Of a stretch of DNA of 64,000 nt, positions 39,688-49,783 are shown piece after piece; position 1 is the first letter of the stretch; each line of letters starts with the position of its first letter. This DNA comes from Eledone cirrhosa (Eukaryota). The stretch lies in NCBI GenBank assembly GCA_964016885.1, contig OZ024745.1:83576001-83640000 (forward strand), read 5' to 3'. The translations under genes and the position numbers were made by a program. The notes under the pieces are model-generated. The model did not search any database and had not been told where the DNA came from. It saw nothing but the letters and a program-made list of their open reading frames with translations.

Positions 39688-42387
39688 TGAAATGTATTAG
39701 TGTGGTGTCGCACATGTTAAACAGAAGATGCAGAAAGAATAATGTTATTTACAAGCAAGGTTTAAGAAGTGAAAAGAAAAAAGGAAAAGGAAAAAAAACG
39801 TGCATAATGTGGAACGTAAAAAGTCAATGTGGAAGAAAAAAATAATGTTATTTACAAGCACAGTCATTGAAGTTAAGCAGATCAAAATGTATTAAAATAG
39901 CAAGAGTGCTTAGTTGAACCATGGTTCCGTGATGGAGGCAAATGGTGGACTGAGGTTTGATATGATTTCCCTTTTTAGAGAGTTAATATGCAGGGGAAGC
40001 AATTCTTGGTGGGTGATATTTAATTTATTTAAGAAAAAGGATTAGATAGGGTGTGAGGGAGGTAACACTTGTAAATGTTTGATAGTTTGTTGCAGTTTTA
40101 GATTGGTCCGATTTTTAGAGCATTGAGTAGTGGTTGAAATTTATTAATGAAATGTTTCATTGGTACGTTGGATGAAAGTAGCGTTGTCTATGAATTTTAA
40201 ATGGGAAAAGTTTTTAAGTTTGGATGTTGGTTGAGAGCACAATTGGCGATATGTTCACTAAATGCAATCTTTCTGTATTCCTGTATTTTAATTTGTGATT
40301 TATGGTCGGTCATACGTTGACGGAGGCTGTTTTTTATCTGTCCTATGTAGTGCTCTTGACAACATGAGCAGGTCAAAACATAGATAAGGTTTTCAGATGC
40401 ACATGTAAAGTTGTGTTTAACTGTGAAACGTTGTCCTTGTTTAAAATGGAATGTTGAACATTCTATTAGATTTATGCATATGTCACAGTTGAGCCTTCCG
40501 CATTTTGTTACTGTAGGGTTTATTGTGAGGGTTTGTGGGATTTTGGCTTGTGTGAGGATGTTTTTTTATGGATTTGGGTTGTCTTTTGCTCTTTATAATG
40601 TTGTGTGTTTGGAGGATATTGTTCATTCTTGGGTCTCTTTTTAGTAAAGGAATGTTCTGGAGGATGGTGTCGAATGCCTCATTGTTGAGGGGTTGTGTGT
40701 GGAGATGTATGGTAGAGTTTTTGTGGCGGTTCATTCCTGGGTTTGGGGTGTCTGAGTTCCTGGATGTCTAGTTTTAGGGCACGTTGGAATCCATTGGTGA
40801 TTAGGGATGTTGGGTAGTTTCTGCTGATAAGTGTGTTTTTTAATTCTTCTAGTCGTGTGTAGCATGTGTATTTATCTAAAACTATTGTTCAGATCCTTCT
40901 GGCTAGGTTATAAGGAATTGCCATTTTGGTGTGTCTAGGGTGGCACGAGTTGAATGGAAGGTATTGTTTGGAGTCCGTGGGTTTGTAGCATATGTCTGTT
41001 TCTATTTTGTTGCTTGTTTTCTTGATGTGGATGTCGAGGAAAGGGAGTTGTTCATGGCTGTAATCCATTGTGAATTGTAAGTTAGTGTTGAGTCCATTCA
41101 GAAGGGTTTTGAACTCAAACAGTCTATCTATACTTTCATGCCACAGGATGAAGCAGTCGTCCAGATATCTCTTCCAGTTCTTTTCTATGTGTTGGTAGAA
41201 GTGGTTGCCGTATTTGTCTAGAACTTTGCGGTAGAGAATGGTTTCCAAATATCCCATGACAAGGTTGGCGTATGAGGGGGCCACTTTCGTTCCCATGGCA
41301 GTCCCAGATTTCTGTCTGTAGTATTTGGCATTGAATTCTAAGAAATTGTTTTCCAAGATGAATTTGAGTCCCTCCAACACAAATTCTTTAGGGATGCTCT
41401 GTGGAAGTTCACTAGGGAAATTTTCCATCCAGAATTGTATTGCCTCTATACATAGGCTGTGTGGGATATTGAAATATAAATTGATGACATCAAAAGTGAC
41501 TAGTAGGGTATGTTCGTTATTGAGTGTTTTGGGGAGGTGGTTGAGCATGTCAAGGTCGTCCCTTATGAAGCTTTTTATATGTTTTAGGAACGGTTTAAGC
41601 AGAATATCTAGGAAGTTGCTTAGGCGGTGGGTTTCACATGTGGTGCCTGTTATTATGGGTCTTAATTTAAGGTCATCAGGAGGGGCTATATTGATGTAAA
41701 CGCCTGTGGCATATGCATAAATCTAATAGAAGGTTCAACATTCATTTTAAACAATGACAACGTTTCACAGTTAAACACAACTTTACATGTGCATCTGAAA
41801 ACCTTATCTATGTTTTGACCTGCTCAGGTTGTCAAGAGCACTACAAACAGCCACCGTCCATAAATCACAAATTAAAATACAGGAATACAGAAAGATTGCA
41901 TTTAGTGAACATATCGCCAATTGTGCTCTCAACCAACATCCAAACTTTAAAATGTTCCCTATTTACAAATTCATAGACAACGCTACTTTCATCCAACGTA
42001 CCAATAAGGAAACACATTTCATTAATAAATTTCAACCACTACTCAATGCTCTATAAATCGGACCAATCTAAAACTGCAACAAACCATCAAACATTTACAA
42101 GAGTTACCTCCCTCACACACTACCTAATCCTTTTTCTTAAATAAATGAAATATCACCCACCAAGAATTGCTTCTCCTTATTAACACATTTTGATCTTCTT
42201 AACTTCAATGACTGTGCTTGTAAATAACATTATTTTTTCTTCCACATTGACTTTTTACGTTCCACATTATGCACGTTATTTTTTCCTTTTTCTTTTTTCT
42301 TTTCACTTCTTAAACCTTGTTTGTAAATAACATTATTCTTTCTGCATCTTCTGTTTAACATGTGCGACACCACACTAATACATTTCA

Positions 42388-42429
42388 CTATCATTTGATA
42401 ATGCATATAAATGCTGAAACCGGTAATAG
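42388..42429 (+). ncRNA. Second copy of the U3-A8 hammerhead candidate, two substitutions
   Basis: TTGATAATGCATATAAATGCTGAAACCGGTAATAG. Confidence 0.5.
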
Positions 42430-42619
42430 ACAATAATTAAATATATAAATAGATGAATAAATGCCATTGTTAAATAATAAATGAATCAACTAATACCTTA
42501 ACACTTCACACAAAGTAAAACATTTCGTTTTAATTTCATTTTCTAACTCAGAAAAAAGAGAGAAACAAAAAAGGAAAAAGATATATTTTTCTTCCGCATA
42601 ATCGTCTCTTTCTCCCTGT

Positions 42620-42663
<44 letters not shown>

Positions 42664-42671
42664 ATATATAT

Positions 42672-42823
42672 AGGAAAATGTTTAACCCCGACGGCAGAGC
42701 TCAAGCCGTTTCGACGGCTATTTCTGGACGTTAAACATTTTCCTGTTACCCACTCTGCTTCCCTAAGTATTGAGTACTCTTGTGCGTTATGGTCCATCTG
42801 GTTCCTTACCACACTTCCTTCGT
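42672..42823 (+). mobile_element. Short palindromic PLE-like insertion with most of the right arm deleted
   Basis: AGGAAAATGTTTAAC...GTTAAACATTTTCCT plus the shared tail. Confidence 0.7.
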
Positions 42824-42833
42824 TATATATATA

Positions 42834-44217
42834 CTAGCGGTCCCGTCCGGCTGGCGCCGGCTAGGGATACCGACATGTTATCCTTTTAGGAATCCCCCTA
42901 CACTCCACTGAAAAGATACCGCACGCCCTCTGAAGTCAGCGAGTGGGGAGGGTTAACGTACTCTGATGTTGGGTTTGAATAGTTTTTAGATTCCCCAGTT
43001 CAGTTGCAAGTACGTTAAAGAAAATTGATAGTTACAACAATAAAGGTTGAACAGAGAACACATTTTTTAACAAACAATAATTTGTACAACCATAATGGAA
43101 ATTCCAAGTAACAGAAAATATTTAAATTACATTGTTAGAACCTCAGAGTATACAATATCCTTTGTTCGGTCCTCCGGAGCAAAGATGAAGAGATGGTTTG
43201 GCGAGGTCACACTAAAGCATCCTACATAAAATTGACTATGGGAGAATCACTCATTTCGTAGCTCGTCTCGCGGAGAAGCTCTGTAGACGTTAACCTCAGG
43301 ACACTCCTGTCAGGAGTAAGTTGTAGTGACTTAGTAAGCTGTAGGGACTTAGAGGCCCACCACCAATCTCCAGGACACTGTTTTCAAGACAAATGAGCGC
43401 CTCATTGAAAACGACATCGTATGTTACGTTTGGATTGTGTCTGCGTGTGCGGTGGAGGATGTCCTCAGCTAGATTTTCACGGTGGTTGTTCCACAGTGCG
43501 AGAGGGTCGGCGAGATCGCAGTTGTGCAGCATAATAGCAAAAGGTTTTCGCAGCTGAGAAGGGACTTTAGCAGTTGCTGCTTCTTGCAGAGTGAGGTGCC
43601 AATGGCTGTTATCGTGTAACATACCACGCATCTGGCAAGCCAAACGGTAAGTGGCACATTGGTTGCCATTGATGGTTCTCAGATCTTGGAAAGGTTGTGG
43701 TCCTCTAATCTCGAACAGTAACAATGACGATAAGCCGTCTGTGCTTTCGTGAAATAAATAGTTTTTTTGTTTTTGTGTATGCAAAAATATATGTACACGA
43801 ATATATATATATTAAAATAACAGATTAAAGTTTAAGCCAAGAATCGATGCTTTCACCCTTAACGGGAGCTTCTGAAACTAAAACAATCCGTCTGTGAACG
43901 CAGAAGTAAATATTTCGAAAAACGTTGTCTGATGCAGACAGCCAGACATACAAAGACATATTATAAGAAAGAGAGTGGAATGTTGTGCGACGTCATAAGA
44001 AAAAGTGAGGAATGACGTATAACTGGAAGTGTTGACATTTGAAATTTTAAAGAAGTGAATATTTAAATAATGTCTTTAATCTTTTAACAAATTCAGTAGA
44101 CAAAAATGCCCTCACTTTTTTACTTGGATAAAGTTACATCTATGGTGCAAATTTCGTGCTGTTTGGCGGAAAGTGTGTTACCTACATACGGCCATACCGA
44201 CAGCTTTATATTATAGA
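42834..44217 (-). mobile_element. Internally deleted Helitron with both termini
   Basis: 5' end A|TCTATAATATAAAG. 3' hairpin CCGGC-gcca-GCCGG followed by CTAG|T. RepHel peptides RGPQPFQDLRTING..TYRLAC..G.L.D..W..TL.EA and FSHSQFYVGC..TKDIVYSEVL*. Confidence 0.9.
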
Positions 44218-44228
44218 TATATATATAT

Positions 44229-44420
44229 CGGATAGAGTAAAAACGAGGTGAACCTTAACTTACCAGAGTACTCGATACTTGGAGTAGTACAGTGGGTAAT
44301 ATGAAAAGATTCAGGACCCCGACGGCTGAGCTCCGGCCGTTTCCACAGCTCTATCCGAACGTTCGGATCTAGCTGTCGACATGGCTGGAGCTCAGCCGTC
44401 GGGGTCCTGAATATTTTCAT
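44229..44420 (-). mobile_element. Short palindromic PLE-like insertion, second subfamily
   Basis: Palindrome at 44301..44420 plus a tail homologous to 45455..45532. Both flanks are (TA)n. Confidence 0.75.
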
Positions 44421-44441
44421 TTATATATATATACAGAGCGA

Positions 44442-44585
44442 GAGTGGAGGAGATGTAATATCCCGACCGCAGTGCCAGACGTTTTCGTGTTGTGCGTTCA
44501 GCAAACCATTTTCAAGGATGTTAAACACATAAGCCGAAACCACTTGACACTGCGGTCGGGATTTTACATATCTCTATATCCACTC
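44442..44585. repeat. Imperfect inverted repeat with a hammerhead-like GAAAC...GGTC half
   Basis: GTAATATCCCGACCGCAGTG and CACTGCGGTCGGGATTTTAC. Confidence 0.7.
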
Positions 44586-44657
44586 ATTGAGTACTTCCAT
44601 GACTAGTGATTTCCTCGGTCCCAGCACCACAGATTCTCTCCCCCTCTCTCTCTCTCT

Positions 44658-44714
<57 letters not shown>

Positions 44715-44889
44715 GTTCCCTCTCTCCGTCTCCCTCTCTCTTTCTTTCTCAATCTAAAACTTCACTGGACAGCGCTTTGGCATGTGTCAGAAGCTGTGAC
44801 CCCGGGTGGAACAGAAGTAGCGCTGGTAGAGGTCGAAATGCCAAAGTCCATCTCATCATCCGATGACCTCTCTTTCCCTGTCGTGCTTT

Positions 44890-44972
<83 letters not shown>

Positions 44973-45343
44973 TATGTTTACGTACATACATATATGTATA
45001 CAGACGTACAGTAGTATGTATATATACATACATGCACACATATATATATGTACGTATGGATTCACCAAACATTTATTATAATGCTCGGTGTGTTTGTAAA
45101 CAAACATCCTGTGTTAAGCCGCAGTGTCTAGCAACCACCGTTGCTCGTTTGTTCAACACTGACAAAGGAACACTGTACTAGTTTCAAGCTTGTTTGCTAT
45201 CGTCAGCAACGTATACCTTCCTGCGAGATTGTTGAACGTCCGAAAGTATATACTTTCCCTATGCACATTAACGGCTGAGCAGCCCAATTTGCATATCGAG
45301 TGGGTTAATCGGCCGGGTGCACCGATTATATATATATATATAT

Positions 45344-45530
45344 ATAGGAACGAGTAGGACCCCGACGGCTGAGCTCAAGCCGTTTCGACGGCTAGTCCAG
45401 AACTAGCCATCGAAACGGCTTCAGCTCAGGCTTCGGGGTCCTAGTCGTTCCTATTACCCACTCTACTACCCTAAGTATTGAGTACTTTGGTGCGTTATGG
45501 TCCACCTGGTTCCTTACCACATTTCCTTCG

Positions 45531-45532
<2 letters not shown>
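45344..45532 (+). mobile_element. Short palindromic PLE-like insertion, most complete copy
   Basis: Palindrome of about 110 bp at 45344..45454 plus a tail of about 80 bp, between (TA)n runs. Confidence 0.8.
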
Positions 45533-45580
<48 letters not shown>

Positions 45581-45938
45581 AAGTGAGTCCTTCATCAGTG
45601 ACCCTCCAACCGTCCTCGGCATTTCATCGCTTTAAGGGCCATATACCTCAGGTTGGTGCGAACAACGGCTAAAAAAAGTCGTTGGGACACGTAAATAAAG
45701 GGGGACGCTAGAGTAACAACAAAAGGGTTTAAGCAACGGAAAGTGAGTAGAAATAGACAAGTCCCAGATCTCTATGAATATAAACTCTGTGAAATCGTGA
45801 ACAAGAGACGAAAGACCATCGAACCTGGTAGAAATGTGAGCAAGGAAAGAATTTCGCAAACGGAAAAAATGAAACGAAATTTCATTTCCCACTCTTAGTA
45901 CGGCTGTTACTTAAATATAAGTATATATACGTACATAC

Positions 45939-45978
<40 letters not shown>

Positions 45979-45994
45979 CTGTATACGTACATAC

Positions 45995-46028
<34 letters not shown>

Positions 46029-46034
46029 AGCATA

Positions 46035-46285
46035 AATAAGGTTTCATACACTTAACATGTATGCGCAACTTTAGGTTTAGGGGTCCAGTATGGTCACCAG
46101 TGTATATGGGGAGAGTCGCTTCAATACTATCCTTTCATTGGGAGCAAGGACGCAATTGCCAGTGATTGTTTCATTGAGCCAGATGAGGGGCTAGTATTGA
46201 AGTGGCTTCTCTACTATGAACTGGTGGCCATAGATGGACTCCGAAACCTAAAGTCGCGCATTTATGTTAAGTATGAAACTTTATT
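46035..46285. repeat. Diverged inverted repeat of about 250 bp
   Basis: AATAAGGTTTCATAC...CTTCAATACTA and TAGTATTGAAG...GTATGAAACTTTATT. Confidence 0.8.
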
Positions 46286-46702
46286 TTTACTAAATAAGCT
46301 CTCTTGCAATAGATTTAGCACTGTTTTGGTTGACAAATTATCTACGGGTATCCTGTATACGTACACCCATCCACCACAAATACACGCATACACACACACA
46401 CATATATATACACATATATATATGTATATATATATAGCTGTCGAAACAGCCGGAGCTCAACCGTCGCGGGCCTGACTCTTCTATATATATATATATATAT
46501 ACAAATATATATATGAAAATGTTGAAATTATTGAAACGAATCAGTCACTACAATGACAATAGCGTATACAAATCGGGCAAAATACACCTATGGACAGAAA
46601 CTAAGTGGCCAGTAGCCACTATATTCCAATGTTTCTTTCCGTCTTAACTACCGTGAAATGAACCAAAGTCAGATATAACAAATACATGTGCGTGATTCTG
46701 CA

Positions 46703-47087
46703 CCTGCAGGGAGGGAGCGTGTACATATATAACTGGTTGTTAATGTCAGTATATATATGTGCATGATTGTACACAGACAGAAAGCAAGCATGTGTAGAAT
46801 CCTAACTTGATGTCAGAAAATAATTTATTACAAATTTTGTCTGTCTTTTTTTGTTTTTTCAATCACACAAATTTTCTGTCTGGAAGAATGTTAAAAATAC
46901 CAACGGAACCTTTTAACAGATGGGTGCGTATTAAATTTAATGTAAAATGTATTTTTTTAAAAACACAAATACATAAACATAATATTTTCTGACAATCTCA
47001 AGTTGGGATTCTATTTATTCCCTTGCTTTCCGTCTCTCTCTCTCCTTGAACAATCACACACACATTAATATTATTCCCTGCCTGCAG
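46703..47087. repeat. Old fold-back or MITE-like inverted repeat
   Basis: Nested complementary blocks GAATCCTAACTTGA/TCAAGTTGGGATTC, TGTCAGAAAATA/TATTTTCTGACA and CTGCAGG/CCTGCAG. Confidence 0.6.
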
Positions 47088-47954
47088 ATAGGTTGTCGAA
47101 CATGTAAATTACGTTGAGGAAATTAATTTAGTTTTTAAAATTCAGAAATAAAAGCACTCATAAACATTCTACAGAATTTAGGAATGTCTCAATTAGTTGC
47201 CAGTTGAAGGACATTAGCAGTAAAATTACTTAACATGTCGTATGAGATTCTTTAATAAATTACTTTAGATGTTACGGCGAGAGATTTTCTGCCTTATATA
47301 AACCGTGCGGATGCTGTGATTAAACATTTTTCAAAATTATCAGATTTCTGTTAAGTGCACTTAAATATCCGAGGAGATATTGTTTATATATATTATTCCC
47401 GTATGTTCAGGTTTCAACGGCTCTCTCTTTCAAATTACCCCCTTTTATGACTGGAAAATAATATATATATATATATATATATTGGTAAGTAGGCATATAT
47501 GTGTGTGTGTGCTTGTATATATATATATGTATGTATATATATATCTCCGGGAGAGATGACCCCTTAGCCTTTGTCAAGGCAGAATTCTAGGAGAAAGAAA
47601 ACTCTGATATAACACCTGCAACCCTGATGGTATTCATTGATGTTGACTTGTTCTTCTTTTTGGTAAATATCATCTTGGTTAAGAGAGTGGGACTGGCTTT
47701 GTGCAGTGCTTTTGTTCACTATAAAAGCTTCACGGCACAGGCATTGCTTTATATCTGGAGATCTCTCTGCACTTGTCGTCACATGGTACCATGGACCCAG
47801 CACGATGTGTCAATAATTGTCACAAGTGTAGTGTTTGTACCAGATTTTTAAATTACTGGCTGGACTAAAAAGTCACACTCGTTCAGCGCATCGGTAGGGG
47901 TTCTCCTATATGGATATAAAGTAGTGGCCGTACTCGAAAACGAGTTGGCAGCCA

Positions 47955-48002
<48 letters not shown>

Positions 48003-48032
48003 GTGTGTGTGTGTGTGTGTGTGTATATATAA

Positions 48033-48181
48033 TGAAAGAGTGAAGAATATCATGGTTGGCTGTACAAAAAGGGTTTCATTTACAGTATTAACAATTGTTT
48101 CATTAATCAAATGAAATAATTGTTAATACTGTAAATAAAACCCTTTTTGTACAGTCAACCATGATATTCTTCACACTTTCA
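48033..48181. repeat. Hairpin of about 150 bp next to a (TA)n(TG)n tract
   Basis: TGAAAGAGTGAAGAATATCATGGTTG... and ...CAACCATGATATTCTTCACACTTTCA. Confidence 0.9.
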
Positions 48182-48439
48182 CTATCATTACTCCAAGAAT
48201 CACCTACATAAGTATTCTCGTAAACTCGTCACCTAACTAAGGAAAGTTCTTGTTGAGTCAAAAAACGCCGAACGTCGTTGGACGTCCTCTGTAGTTTTCG
48301 TCAACGAGTGTTCCAGTTAACTCAATCACCGGAACTGATTGTTTGTGAAATACACGTGCACATTTAACGTAGTTCTCTTCTCTTGTAATTGTCTTTATAA
48401 AAAGAGGACATAATTGCATCTCATTTAATTTGACTCTTT

Positions 48440-49250
48440 CCCTAATTAGTCATGCTAGGACTCTTTCTGTCACTTTCATATCTTGTTTCATGAGTGTTAT
48501 GCCATGGTAGCTGTTCTCTTCTAGTGCATCATCTTTTTCCTTGGAGAAATTAATAATCATGCTGCTCCACATCTCAGTGGGTATGGCCCATCCTGTATTA
48601 TGCGCTTAATTAATTCAACTCCCAGTTCCATACATGCTTTCAGCATCTCAACGACTATCTCTGGCAATCCACCAGCATTATCATTCATCTCCTTAATGTT
48701 TTGACCCTATAACTGTCTATTGCAATAGCTGGTTCCTCGTTTGGGCTATTTTGAGGGTGTTTTCCGTTCCTTCCAATCATTCTCCACAATCATCAACCTA
48801 ACACATATGCATTTCCAGGCCTCTTTATTTAGAGCATCTGTGATGCTAAATGCACCAGCGTTATTTTAAACATACTCTTCCTAACAACATCGTGATTAAC
48901 ACTGACACACTACCTTGCTATGCGGGACATCACACGTCTCTGAACCTCACGTCACAAGACATTGGAAACCTCCTACTTTCAGTCACTTTGCATGGAATGT
49001 ATACGTGTCGTACAAATTCTTCTTTAGCTACCTGGTACTGGTCTGTGCTATCTTCATTTCTCCAGTCTTTTCACGCATGTCTCTTGGCTTTAATAGCTCT
49101 ATCCACGGTGCTGTTCCACCATGAAGTCACCACCCTCAGTCTGGTTGGTGCTTTCCTCTATCCAGATGTCTTATCAGTATTCTGTAGTATATTGCCACGT
49201 AAAAACTTCAAATTGTCCTCGATGCTATATGTATCTTACTCGTCTTCCTT
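48440..49250 (-). mobile_element. Decayed RTE-clade LINE internal fragment
   Basis: WWNSTVDRAIKAKRHA, IVVEMLKAC and KGKDDALE..YHGITLM. Confidence 0.65.
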
Positions 49251-49526
49251 CTACACATATTTATCATACGAATTTCAATTCATTAAAAAAAAATTGAATT
49301 TCATATGTGTAAAGGATTTAATTTGACATTCATCACAAACTTAGCGCTTATAAAATAGAGTTTTTATAATTATAATTATGTTCTGTTGTACTAGTGAAAA
49401 ACATTACTGAAAATATTCGAACTTAACAAAAAATTCTACAAATAACAATTGCAAACAACTTAAAACAACAAAAAATTCGGAGCTCACAATAACACGTCTT
49501 CACAAGTCAGTCGCCAATAATAATAA

Positions 49527-49728
49527 TAGGTACTATCTCAAAGAGTTTCTAGGATGGTTAAAGAAGTTTAGTCCAGCCCCGCCTTTTGGAACACTTCAAA
49601 AGGCATGGTTGCTGAGAACAGTAAGAACCCTCCGATACGTCCTGAATGTCCGAGGCTGCAGGTAGCGGCTTGATATTCATTTCAACAAATTTTCCAGTTA
49701 AATAACATCAATGACTGAGACTCAAAGA
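49527..49728 (+). mobile_element. 5'-truncated Dong family A 3' fragment
   Basis: Matches about 3527..3727 and has (AAT)n on both sides. Confidence 0.88.
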
Positions 49729-49742
49729 ACAATAATAATAAC

Positions 49743-49781
<39 letters not shown>

Positions 49782-49783
<2 letters not shown>

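Larger units (their letters stand above)
39401..42625 (-). mobile_element. Penelope-like element 2 (Neptune-like), 5'-truncated, with inverted pLTR, inserted in (TA)n
   Basis: About 39450..40487 is inverted to 41704..42625. RT motifs TFDVINLY, GTAMGT, RYLDD and LPFLD. Cys-rich linker plus NLIYVLTC..C..YIGQ. Confidence 0.9.

Noticed and set aside
45580-45603. CTGATGA hammerhead core on the minus strand
   Set aside because: It runs into (TA)n before any GAAA half, so it is at most a truncated PLE end.
47545-47957. Possible GIY-YIG remnant (YIHIGE...REAFI...LNQD)
   Set aside because: Too degraded across frames to call.
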